From: Raillietiella orientalis | Taxonomy: Eukaryota | Direction of reading: 5' to 3' | NCBI GenBank assembly: GCA_036172245.1 | Contig: JAYWIR010000037.1 | Coordinates: 62,001-126,000 of the forward strand | DNA length: 64,000 nt | Shown here: positions 1-12,550 of the stretch, piece by piece | Layout of the letters: each line of letters opens with the position of its first letter | How positions within the stretch are numbered: position 1 is the first letter of the stretch | Translations under genes and position numbers: made by a program | The notes under the pieces: generated by a model | What the model was told of the DNA's origin: nothing | The model's database searches: none | Seen by the model: only the letters and a program-made list of their open reading frames with translations

Positions 1-2769
1 TGTTCTCTGCTTCTCCCATTTCTCTGGTGCAATCCGCCGAGAATCTTCAGCTGTATTCGAACTGCCTAGCACCCGGGTGTTCTTGACTAGTAGCAACCTG
101 GATGCCAAGCAAAAACTTTTCCTTCAAACTTTATCATAGGAGAATTTTTCCTGATTCGTTTCAGAGACTGCGGATTTCAAAAGTTCCAGGAATCCAAGGA
201 TGCGGGTACGCTGCAGAAGCTCGAAAAGCTCGAAATCGGATTTCCGCGTGGACCTACGAGGATAGGTGGGTAATGGCCGCACGCAGTGATGCACATGCAT
301 CACTGTGTTCCATGCTCTGTTTGGAACTGCATATGGGTACGAACAGTTCTTTCCCAAGATGATCATCGCGAAATTTAAAAATAGGAACAGACTCGCAGAT
401 GAGGATCCTCATTACCAACTCCGCATTGCCTATTCGCAACCCTGTTCCTATATAAAGAAGCCTGTAGCAGGGAAACCAGTGCAGAAATGTCATCAGGATT
501 CATTTTCTAGTCAGTTGCAAGCGTAAATAACGGAATGAAAAATTGGCACCTCCTTTTTTATAGGAATTTACATTGCAGGGAAGGATTATGAACATATGAA
601 ATAAATGCAAATTCTTTTCTATCCTTTTATTGAATCTGTAAGCTCACAGAGATAATGGCATATGATAATGCGAGGAGATTGTTTATTATTATTCAGTATG
701 TCTGCAAACATAAAGAAGATGAAGTTAACATAAACAATATTTCCAATCTTAAGGAAACTGGATAGCGAATTCCATGCGTCTGAAAAATTGATCCAGTTGC
801 GAAATCACATCATTAAGGTTCTAATTACGATCATCATCTTTTGTTCTCTCTCTATAACTGTTTCATTTGAGGTTTTATGGATGTTATTGCTATTTCAGGA
901 CATGGCTCATTTTTCTATATCTGACTCATTTTCTTTGGGACGCTGCAACGGTAACTCGATAAAGATAACCCAAGTGTTGTATCACGGTGAAATCACAGGA
1001 TATTCTAATAGCATAAGAAAATGAAATTTTAAATGAGAAATTGCTCATGATGAAGTTCAAATTGAAAGAAATTGGCGTTCATCGCGTACAGACTTGTGAT
1101 CCGCAGCACATTTCTTAGACAGACATGCTGCCACGGCTGCACTAGAGTCTATTTATACTTGTGATGTTGCCGTGATGCGTATTACAGTATGCTACAGAGC
1201 TACAAAGATGCGATCTAGAAAAGAATTATTGAAGGAAGCAGAGGAAGAAATTAACAAATGCAGCCATTTGGACTCACGTCAGAAGAACGTTTGGTAGGAT
1301 TTCATTTTCAAGATCCCGGTTCGGAACGGTTCTTCGATCCTCGCCAATAATCATCAGGCAGTGAACATCCAAAGAGAAGGAATTTGTAGAGGATCGAACT
1401 CTCGCCTCGCTGACACTCGCTGAAATGAAGGAAATAGAGTGCTGTGTCAAGTTCCTGGGCGCGCAGCAGCTCATACCGATTACCAGCAAGCGAGACCAGT
1501 GACCACATGCAGCCCGCAGACGCTACTCGAAATTGATTCACGGTTTGGGAGGCCTTGTGGCAGCACTAGTAGCCAAGGGATCAAGAAGACAGACCCACTT
1601 TGAGCTTCGCCTAGAAAAGTGTACTTCTTGGAGTCGTAGAGCATGAATAGAAAAGTCTGCCTAAACATGCACAAAAGAAACTGTAAGGGATGTGGCATTC
1701 TGGTATACTCTTGAGGTTCTTCTGAAATCCGGAATCTGTGAAGGAATTCGAGGTTTCTTTTTCAGGGGAGCAACTCTTGAACCAGCAACATTCACTGCAA
1801 CATTGCATGTGGCACACTTGAGGTGCGTGGTGGTTCTTGTTGGTTCAGTTCTGCATCTCCAAATATCCAGAGGATTCACATCCCAGTAATTTTCAGGTTT
1901 CTGGGAACCAAGGATGAAGAGTTCAGAGACTGTACTCATCAGACGAATGGACGATGAACGACTAGCTCTAAGGATCAACCTGAAGAACTCGTCTCTCGAG
2001 GAATGCTCCCGCCTCTTTGGCTCTTTAGGACGCGCGGAGATCAAGAGGGACATTCGGAAAATCGGAATTGAAATTTCTCTCGCTGCATTCCCGAGACAAC
2101 TTTGACCAGAATTTTGCAATCATCATTCTCTGCTGACTTTTGGACTCGGTATTTCGGGAGAAGTGTTCTTTACATCAGTTCATTCGCCCTGAACTGTTTC
2201 CCGCTTCCCAAATTGGGAAATTCAGAAAATTAAGATGTGAGCGCATGTGCACTCATCTCCGACATCCGTTTCCGCAAGTTAAACTGCCTTCTAGTCAATA
2301 GGAAAACTATCGTAGCCACTGAGCTACAGGGCAGAAGATTGAGGCAGATGGACCCAAACTGCATCTCATCTGCATTCAGGATCGCATGCGCGCGGTACCA
2401 GCAGAAAGACTCTTCTTAAAGTAAGGGTGCTTTGACTCTCGTCTTTTTTCTGTGTTCCAGAATGTCAAGTTCAGAGAAAACAGTGTAAGAGAAAGGTAGT
2501 ATGAAACTAGAGTTTGAGAGATCCCTGGCTTTGCCCTTGTTTTCGATGCCAGAGGAGGAGGAGTCAAACATCAATTAGTGGTCCTATCACTCTCCTCCAC
2601 CTCATATCTTATTGGCTCGAAGTACTCTTTTTGAGATCACTAGACTTCTTTGAACAGACTGACGATCACAGATTGATCAGAATAATCGCTTCGAAGTTAT
2701 TGAAAGATCAGCATCTTTTTTTTTTTTAACAAGCATCTCGATTTCAGCGCTCTTCCATAGAAAGCTAAT

Positions 2770-3320
2770 CTACTTTGAGGAAATAGCAGTCTGTTTCTCC
2801 CCAATATGACCAACTGCCTTGCAGATTTCTGATTCTTCACCAGAAATCCATGGAGTGCAAAAAAAAAACTGTTTTTGGACAGGAAAGCAGGTTGAGGGAA
2901 TGCTCTGTGACCTCGTCCTTTGGGATTCGAATCTGCGTACAGCATTTTGAGAACCTTTTCTAGGATTCCGATATCCCTGCCAAACAGAATCGTCTTTAGT
3001 TTTCCTCTCCAGTTTCCTTTTTCTCAGTGATGGAAACTGTTTCGAGAATTGCTTGTCAAAAGTCGTTATGAATGTGACTAGATGACATGCTGTTCTGCTC
3101 ACTCGGTAAGTCCACTTCTTATAGTCAATCACAGCTCCAGAAAGTATTGCGACGAATGATTCTCTGAACTGAAAATCTTCCTGCTTGAAATTTAGTTTCT
3201 CTTTCCGGAAGACATTTCTTTGTTCATAAGCTTGGCTTCTATTCCTGAGGTTTAGAGAACTCTCAGAGAGGACATGATAATGACTCCTGGACCGGGAACA
3301 CTTTCTTCTTTTATTCTTCA
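2770..3320 (-). mobile_element. Possible decayed LINE RT N-terminal remnant
   Basis: SVPGPGVIIMSSLREFS (cf. SAPGPDGI...LK.L) followed by YRVSRTAC (cf. YRPISL.SC); weak. Confidence 0.3.
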
Positions 3321-6055
3321 GGACTTCATCCAGCTGGACAGCTGGATGAAGTCTTCGTTTCAGGACAGCTGCTTTTCTTTTTCTTTACTGAACATGCTAA
3401 ATCACATGGGGGATTCTATTCCTTCGCAATCCGGCTTATTCATGTTCTCCTCCTTAAGAGGTTATGGTTCGTGAGGGTAGCTTTATTCCTGTCAGAGGAT
3501 CCTCCTGTACTTTCAGCACTTGTTCTAAGAGTAGTGCATGTTCAATTACATCCTACTCTTCTGATGCGCTTAACAAGTATCCTAAGGATTTTGATTTCTT
3601 TCGTTATGTCATTCTCCGGGGGCCACGAGCGCAAAGATCCTACGATATCCTCTTGCACTCTTGCGGGTATTTCCTTAGCTGCGAACTGGAGGCAGCCCTC
3701 GGTACTCACTTTGATTTTCCCCCTCCAGAGCCATGACCAATTCATAAGGTCGTTCATTATGACCACCAGATTCCTTGCAATTTGAAATCTGTTCCCGTAG
3801 TGAGTTGATTCAAGTCCACTAATGCCCCCTCCCCTAGTTTTCCAATGTGGCCCTTTTAACCAAGCCTATAGCCAAGATGCTGATCCATAATGTTTCTCAG
3901 TTATCCTGAATAAGTTGTCAGTGCAATGAATGAGGCTGTGGGATCGCACTGCGCACCTGATGCAGGGCAATTGACGCGACATAGAATGTAGTCCATGCTG
4001 TTCGGACAAGTAGTTTGGGTAGATAAATATAGGTGGTTCAAATCTTGAATGTACCCAGTAAGAGTGTAGGGTGCTGACACTTTACGACCCGATGCAGCAC
4101 ACGTCCTTCTCTTGGCTGGGGTGCCCCTGTGTAAAGAAACCATGCATCCTCGCACTGAACCGTTCACAGAATGGAGGTGATTTCGCTTCTCATGTAGTTA
4201 CCAAAAGTTGGAACCCGAGGTGATCAGAGACCACTCTTGTTGGACTTCCAGCCCTTCTTTCTTGACGGAGAAAACTTTCAGAATTTTAACCAGGATTCCG
4301 TGTCACTGAAGGACCTAAATCTAAACTTACTGAGGCTTGAATAGGATTCTTATAGAAATATCAAGTATACTGATTAACTAGGAATTTGGGTCTCTTCCCT
4401 GTTGTCTTCTTACTTTGATTTTGAGAGAAGACATCCGCTAGAAACCGAGCACTTGGCTGTCGCAATTGAGAGAGAATGACCGAGATCTTCAATCTGCAAT
4501 ACTTGTAATTTCTTTCTTGCATCCTTGCCCAGTGCATATGGCTTTCTTGGTGTCCACGGGCAGGTGTAACCTATTGGATGTGCTCTGCAAAATCAAAATG
4601 TTCTCATAGGAATCTCTAGTACCAATTCTGCAACCCAAAGGTGGCTACTGCATCGTGCTTTCGAATGACACTTGTTATGCATTGTACGGAAAACAGTCTG
4701 TGCATCTATGAGTGAGCGATTCCGATTCAGAAAATAAAGAATTGGCAAATGAAGAATCAGACGAAAGACGAGCAAATGAAGGAGTTGCAGAGGAGACTGA
4801 TTCCGTCCATATTGCTGGATGTGTAACATCTTTACTACTGTGGTGATTTGTGTTTGGAAGCTCGACTAGTATTCTTTTACGATTCATGCTCGTTTGCTCA
4901 TCCCAACGCGTAATTCACGGCTAGGACAATGCGATCTTAAATCCTCACCCTCATTTATTGCCTTTCACGGCTAAGCTTAATTTCAATGCAGCAATTTAAG
5001 ATTACATTTAAGAAGAGAACTAAAAGTGTGAGGGACTTTGGATACCGGTGTTTTCTAGGGATATAGCAAAGGACGAGAGGATGGGTTCTGCTGGAGGCTG
5101 TCCTATCATCTCTCTCTTCGGAAAGTTTTGTCTCTTAAGTTGGACGTCCTATGCTGGATACTTGAGGATTCAGTAGACGACAGAGAGGGCAGGCGCGAAA
5201 GGGTCATTGGCTCCGTTTCGGCTGTTCACCTAGAAAACGCCGACCTATATGGATGACTTTCCGGACACTCAAATCATCGGAGAGTGATGTTCAGTAGTTT
5301 CCAATGCGTAATGGCTAATGCTACACGAGATTTGCTGATGTATGGAAGCTTCATGAAACAGAATCGAACCCCTGATAAGCACAAGACTTTTGTCTTAGGA
5401 TGCAACTAATCATCATAAGGTGGAGAGCTAAAAGAAACCTTGGTAGTTGCAGATTTAACGGTCTGACTCTCCGGCATCGATAAAGCTCTTGTGGATCCTC
5501 CGTTTGGCTTGAATTCGTGCGTGGAATCACAAGCACAACGCTCTCAACATTCAGGGTTCTTTTCGAGAAGTACTCTTCTTACAAGATGCAGAACCTAAGA
5601 ATTGAATCTTCTCAATGCAGAAACCATGGTGTCAGTCTCATCTTGTAATTGAAGACGACCGACGCAATTAGCGCTGCAGCTGAGTGTTCAGAAACGAAGT
5701 CTTATAGCTGAGAAAGCAGAAAGAAAAGCAGGAGTATTTTGGATAAAAACACCACGAAACAATTTAGTAAGCTTCATCCTGATATCGAAGAGTGCTAGCA
5801 GATATTTCTTGCATCCAGGAACGCGGACTCGTCGTCGCTTAGATAGAAACCCACCATAAAGCTTCTCCCTGAAGCTGCCGAAAGATACCTTTGTCGGTCG
5901 TGTGTTAAGATAAGAGAAGTCTTTGTTTTTCTAGCAAGGCATCCGTAGGCAGCAGCAATAAATGAAAGTGACTCTTGAGACGCAACGCAGGACAACAGTG
6001 CGGTCGTCACAGGGGAGAGAACTAGCGGAGCAAACGAGCGAGATTGTGAGACGGT

Positions 6056-9000
6056 CTAAGTCTTGGTAATCAGATGCTTGTCTGGAATCGTAGGACGTGC
6101 TGACTTGGTCTTCATAGCAGCTAGAGTCGGCGTTCTTCTTGAGAGTAAATCCTTGTTTGTCTTCTGGACGACTTTCGGGTTTCGTTTTTCAACGAAAGAA
6201 CCCACATCCTGACCAGTGCTTTTCATCAGCTGATGTGGATGAGCTGCTGTAGCAGCAGCCTGTGGCGAAAGAGGTGACTCGCAGACTCTGGCTTTCAGAT
6301 GACCAGAACCCACGCCCTCTCTCCAAGCCGAGGAGGGACAGCTTGAGCGTGCGCCTGCCAGTGGCAAGTTTCGGGGGATAACTGCGCTCTTCCTGACACG
6401 AGACAGAGAATCGACGGGATTCTTCGAGGGAGCCTCCTTCGCGTGAAGAACTCCGTGGGAATCACGGAGGCTGAGTTCACATGAACTCGCCTGAGATATT
6501 GCGGTCGCACGCTTGATGTCGGCGGAAGTTGGTCTGCCCACTGGATGAGGAGCTGTTGCAGGTCTCAGTTTCTCGCGCTGAGAAGCAGGACAAGGAGCGA
6601 CTTCCCCTCTCGCCGCTGGTTCCTTGACTGTTCTCGGAGTGCTGCGTGTCTTTCCCAGAGGAACCTTGAGGACGCGGCTGAGGGGAACGGCCGCCGCCTT
6701 TTTGCACGGCACTTCTCCACCTCGCGCTGCACAGCTGACCTCTTTCGTCGCCACGGCTTTCTTGGTCGAGCGAGCATTCAGAACCACCTTCCTTGCGTTG
6801 GGCCCGCTAAGGTTCACGGAGGGCACCGTCTTCGTGGGAGCTAAAGGACTTGACGAGCCTTCCCCGTCAGAGCAGCCGAGCGAGCGAGAGGTCGAAGGGG
6901 CTTTCGCATGCGGTTTCACTTCTTTCGTCCCGTCGTGCTTTCTCTCTGGGTCGATCCCAGGGCAGCCGCCAGTTCCCAAGCTCGGCTGTGGTCGTTGCCC
7001 CAGCGCGGGAGAATCTGCGTAGGAAGCCAAAGTGGGATCGCCATCCGCCTGCAGGATTCCGGACGAGCAATCCTGCGGTTGAGGACCTTCGAAACCGGCG
7101 TATTGTGGGCCGTTGCCGGATCGGGAACACGCAGCGGTTTCCGGTCGTCGGATCCCAGGAGCTGACGCTCCGTCCTCCGTCGAAAGCGCCTCCCTTCTGG
7201 AAGGACCCTCTTCCACTTCCTCCGTTCTGCCACCCCCTCGTCCTCTGCTCCTTCCCGCTCCCTCCGTTTCTTCTGCGGGAGGGTGGACGCTGGCATCGGG
7301 CTCGAAGACCTCCTGCGGCTCCAGTCCCTCATCGGCTCCATCTCCTTCGTACTCTCCTGTATCCGGCTGGTCCCGGAGACCCAGAAGCGGCCGAGATGAT
7401 GACCCCGAAGGAACGGAAGCGGCGCATTTGCTCTCCTCCTCTTCCTCGTGGACCGAACCCTCCATGCGAATCAGGAGACAAGCATCCGCGCGCACGTCTC
7501 CGGCGGCTCCTCGAGCGGGAAGCGCGTCCCAGCAGGGAACTCTGGATACGTTCGTCCAATCGGCCAAGAACAAATCAGTGCTCCCGTCTGGAAGAAAGAA
7601 AAAGAAAAGAAAGACACTTTCTTTGAGGCGACTGGGGCGGGACAGCACTTCCTGTAGTCTTTCTTCACCCTCCTCTTCCTCTTCTCCCTCTCCCACCCCC
7701 TCCCCCTTCTTCTCCTGCTTCGAACTCGTGAGACTGGCTCTTCCGGTAGTGTTACCTGAAAACAGGAAGAGGAGAGACGATGACGGTTCAGGCAGAGGTA
7801 GAGTCAGGATGCCCGAGGAACTGCCTCAACCCGGATCGAATCGAAATGCTTTTGGACCCGAACTGCGAGGCTGTGCCGCGTGCTTCGCTTCCTGGCAACG
7901 GGATGCTGGTCGGCAAGAACAAGGTGTGTGGCGTTAGAGGAAAAGTTTATTGACTGCTCCTACAAGCAAACAGAACTGTTCGTCAAAAGGTGCTTGCTAT
8001 TAGCAACGGCGAGGTCACTCCTTCCGAGGAGGAGGAAAGCACAGCGCCGCCAGCTAGAGAACCACCTGACCTGAAAAATTCAGCGGAAGATTTTTAGAGA
8101 GAGCTGGGAGCTAGAAGATTCAGACCGATGAGGAGAATTCGGAAGGATGGAAGATCCGAGCACTCACGGTTGGAAGGTTCCTCCGGGCGTTCGCAGGTGT
8201 GGGCAGCGTGGGCGGTGATGGCAGGGGCTGGACCCGAAGACTCCTGGATCTCGTTTCGTTCGGGTCTCCGTATCCCCTCCTGAGATGCCTCGGCCCTCCT
8301 GTCCGGATCCATTCCGGCACAGGGGAGGGGGGCAGGAATCACAGCTTCGGAATTTTGACCTCGAGGGACAGACCCCGGTTCGTCTGGGGAGTTCGTGCTC
8401 CCGGCGTCCGCCTTCTCTCCCTGGGCGCCGACGACGACGACTTGCTTGCTCGCTGCGTCGATATTCCCGATCTTGACGTCGGCTTCCTTGCCCTTGGCGC
8501 TGACCTCCCTGCTCTCGCTGCTAGCTTCCTTCTCGTCGCAGCAGACCACAGGAGAGAGTTCCGTATCCGCGCTCTCGGGGCCCTGAGTGTGGTTGGTTGC
8601 CATGGACGTCGCCCGCACGGCTTCCCCAGCACCGGCCGTCCCGCCGTCCGTGGGAGCCGATTCACCCTTCTCCCGCAACCCGAGGGTTCCTTCCAGATGC
8701 GAAAGCGGTGCCTCTGCCGCCAAGAGATCGGGAGATTCGCCCGCTTCCGGACGTGCTACGGGAGGCTGGCTTCTCCCGGACGTGGACGAGAAGTCGGTGG
8801 GTTTCGCGGCTCCATCCGGGTGCAGAGCCGCGGGAGGCTCCTCGGCCGGGGAGGGGGGGCACCTCGTTCCTCCCGCGGCGGTCGCCTCCAGGCGAACCAC
8901 CGACCTCGGCTGCGGATCACCTCCTCCTTTTACAGGGGCGGTTCCTCCTATTCCTGCCTCCCCAACGCTTCCGAGACTTTCGTGGGAAAGAGGATCCTGC

Positions 9001-9805
9001 GGGATGCTGCCGGTGCAGGATTTTTCTCCCCTTTCACGACTGGGAGGAGGCATCTTAGGACCGGATCGCTGTGGCCCTTCGTGGGCCCGGCGAGCAGCAG
9101 GTCTGCCCGCTCCAGTGCTCCCTCCTTTCGACCGGAGCGCGTCGCAGGCATCCTCCTTTTCCTGCTTTCCGAGATCGGTTTCTCCCGTCCTTCCCTCCGG
9201 CGCCTCTTGCAAGCCAGCGCTCGGTCTCGGTGCGACCTTCCCTCGGGTCTCTTCAGACTGGCACTCTCCGTTTGGCGCCGGCGTCCGCGGATCGGGAGCG
9301 ACTCTCTCCCCTTCGGCGGTTCTTTTTCTTCTCCTGCTCCTTTTCCTCGACCTCCTCTTCCTGCTCCCTTCGGGCACGTCTGCCGCCCTGGACGCATTCC
9401 CTCCGCCCAGAGCCACCGCTCCCAGAACCGAGGTTGTCCCTTTGATGGCGGACGCGCAGGCTGAACGGCTGTCCTGAAGCTCCTTCGAAGGATCACCTCC
9501 GCTCCCCACGGGGTCGGCCACCGCCGCCGCCGCCTCGGCGCGCTCCCCGGGGCATCCGCCCAAAGCATCTCCTCCGCAGACGGGGACCTACGAGAGCGAG
9601 CTTTCAGGGAGTTTCGCTCCCCTGCGATTCCCCCGCACTGCCCGGCTCCCGTCATCCTTTTCCTCCTGCTCGCACGGGAAATGACAACGGGACATCCTAC
9701 CTCGAGGCTCTCCGGAGTGGACCGCGGCTGATGGGCCGTCGTCGTGGGGCCACCACTGCTGCAGTTTTGCTGCTGCTCCCTGTGCTTCCCTCTTCGTCTG
9801 CCCAT
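6056..9805 (-). CDS. Orphan low-complexity / intrinsically disordered protein, 3 exons (9805-9701, 9587-8168, 7755-6056), ~1074 aa
   Basis: Three ORF-track segments join in phase. ATG 9805 (MGRRRGKHREQ...PESLE) ends at donor GAG|GTAGGA; acceptor ctcgctctcgtag|GTC at 9587 is phase 0. Donor AAC C|GTGAGT at 8168 and acceptor ctctcctcttcctgttttcag|GT at 7755 are both phase 1. Total 3225 nt, divisible by 3. E/G/A/P/S-rich N-terminal part, K/R/S/P/T-rich C-terminal part. No family recognised. Confidence 0.65.
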
Positions 9806-9899
9806 GGGTACGGCCGCTAGCTGGAGGAAGAGACGCTTGCTGGAGAAGCGGCTTGCAACAGCACGCCGTGAGCGGAGGGAGTCTCGCTTGATCCCTAGA

Positions 9900-12550
9900 G
9901 GGAAGGGGAGGGGAAGGGGGACAGGGCTGCGTCCCAGAAGGGATCACTGGGCCCATCCTTCGTCTCTGTTGTCGCATGAGCTTCGCTCCTCCTCGCCCTT
10001 ACGATCTCTCGGGTCCGCTCTTTTCCACGGGCGATCTCGTTGCCCGCGAGGACAACCCCGGAGCTGAACTGGGGAAGTCGGCGCCGGGCTCTCTCAGCCC
10101 AACATGAAGGGGAGGTCCCTCCGGGCATGACCTAGCGCGGAGGAGGCCTCCTGGAGCCCCGGGAGCATCATCGGGCGGTGGAGACCGCTGGTCCCATCTT
10201 CCTACCCCTGAGGCGATGGCGGACTTGCCGTCCGAAAGCTTCCCGGAAATCTCCGGCACGGGTCACCTATCGCAGGACGTCAGCACTGCACAGTCTCCCC
10301 CCCACCCACCTTCTTCCTGCCCCGTTCCTTGCCAGCAGGCGTTGGCAAGAAGAGAGCGTTATCTCTTGACTCTGCAGCGGAGGAGGGAATAGCCTGAGGC
10401 GAGCACAACGAGGTTTCCCTCCCCTCCGCGCATAGCAATGACGGGAACGCACCTGGGATGGGATGAACGTCCATCCACCTTCCTCCTCCTCCTTTCTCTC
10501 CCTTCTATCCCCGCTTCCCTGCAGTGCCTCTTCAGATGACCCACGGTACGTCCTCATTCGATCCTCCCCTGCAGCGGAGCCGAGGGCGAGAGCATCCCAC
10601 ATCGTGTGTGGACGGGAAGCACGTCCGGACAATCCCGTCAGCGCGCCGCCGGCACGCTCAGGCCCTAGCGTCTCTCCAGAGATATCCGGAAGAAGGAGGA
10701 AGCGCGCCGCCGTTGCTCCTGGGGCTTCGAAGAGGCGCGCCTTTCTCCTGCTCCGGAGAGCGGTGCGTGTGCACAGCCGCAACTTTCGGAAAGCGCGAAG
10801 GGAGGTTCGTGCCTTCCCACCTCTCAAAAGGGGAACCCCCGGACGGTCAGAACGCCCGGGAGAACGCGCGACACCACCGACTTTCTCCAGACAAGCTAGG
10901 AAGGGAAGAGGAGGAAGGAAAGATGAAGATCTTTCAGGTCAGTCCGCAACCGCGAACGTCCGCGGGCAGCAGTCAGAGGTGCCAAAAAGCGTGCGGCCGT
11001 CCGCTGTCCCCTCACTCTGTCAGGAATACGGGCGCTGCTTCCCACCCGCACAGCCCTGCACTTCCTGCCTGCTCTCGCGACTAGCTTCCCAAGACGCTCT
11101 TGCTTCGCCGGGAGCGAAGGCTCCATGACTGTGGTCTTCGCACATGGTGGCACCGGGCGTCACGGGTTCGAATCCCATCCGGGGAGGAATCGATACCGAG
11201 AGATGGGAGGTGTGCCGTGGGTTCGAGTTTCCCATGCAAGATGACGCTGGCTGGCCCACGATCGGGTGAGGAGCTAGTGGAAGCCGGTAAAAACCAGATG
11301 CCTTCGGCGAGTAGCCGGATCGGGAGTCGACCCTCCGGGATCCTTCCGGGAATCAAGGAGTTGATTCCCTTCCGGGGGTCCCTTCTTCCCATGGGAGGAG
11401 CGTGGGCGAGGCAAGGTGGCAGAGATGCATTCCGAGTGTCCCTTTCGCGGCGGACAGGACGCGTGCTGCCGCAGCAAGAAGGGGGGGGGGGGGGTGCTCA
11501 TCTGTGGCTGACTGGGAAAGGCCCTATGGGGATGGACCAGACCGGAAGGAGGTTCCCAGGGATAAGGCGGGCGAGGCATGGGATGGAGCAGGGAGAAAGG
11601 TGGCTCGCAGGTAGAAAGGGACGCCGGGCAGCAGCTCGGGGAGAGCGCCCCTCTCCGGATTGACGAGAGGGCGGCGGCGGCGGGTGCGGAGTGAGCAGAC
11701 CGGTGGAGCACCCCGATGTTTCTTCTCGAGGATTCCAGCTTGCCTGGGCTCCTCGCAGCGGGCACGCGGAAAAGAGGGCCGCGTCCACAGGAGGAGGAGG
11801 AGGAGCACTGAATTTGAGGGAGGCCGTCATCGATACTCCCACACTGTCCGGGTGGAGGGGGTCCTACTTCGAGGGGAATAGAGTGCGCGCGTACAGACGC
11901 ACGCATGTGCGCGAAGGCGGGGAGGCGGGGGAGGGAAGGGGGGGGGGGAAGCGAAACTAAAACGGGAATCGAGGGCAGGGACGCGACGGGATCCTTCGTC
12001 GGCACCGCGAGCAGGGGCGGGAGGAGACGCACGAGCAGCTTCGCGAAGGAAGCCAAAACGGCGGCGCGCCTTGGTCTCGTTCCAAGAGGACCCTTTCGGC
12101 GGAGCGTGCGTGGCGTTATGCGGGTTCCGCGCGACACACAAAAAGAAAAAAAAAAAAGTCAGGAGACGGAGCGAAGAGGGAAGGAAGGAGGGAGGGGAAG
12201 GGGGGGGCTGAGAAGACGAAGAAGCGCAAGGATATCATCAAAAAAAAATTTTCTCACGTGTTTTTCCTCTTCCCTCTCGGCGCTCTTGCTGCTCCCTCCC
12301 GTTGGTCGGGTCGCCCGACGAAGTCCCTGAAAACTGGGAGCAAAGTGTGTCGAGTGGCTCGGAGTTCCCGATGGTTACTTTCCGCGGCGCGCGCGCGCCA
12401 CGGGCTATTTTTATCGTTCCTGCGCGTTGCTACCGGATACGTGCGCAGAGCTGACGGGAGCGGGCTCTTCCCCAAGCCCTCCTCCCTCCACCCGAAGAGG
12501 AGGACCCGAAAAACGAGAAGGCTTCGAGGGTAACCCGCGCCCCCTCCCCC
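9900..12550. promoter_or_regulatory. CpG-island-like GC-rich region upstream of the orphan gene, with G-tracts and a (CG)n run
   Basis: Dense CpG, G14 run at 11481-11494, G-run at ~11938-11948, GGCGCGCGCGCGCC at ~12386-12399. No convincing coding frame. Promoter function is inferred, not shown. Confidence 0.4.

Noticed and set aside
3696..3795. Exon-like segment ending in a strong GTGAGT donor on the - strand
   Set aside because: Weak acceptor, no partner exons and no recognisable peptide.
8199..9477. Long + strand ORFs of 421 and 296 aa
   Set aside because: Antisense shadows of orphan exon 2, with unnatural R/L/F/S-rich composition and no splice support.
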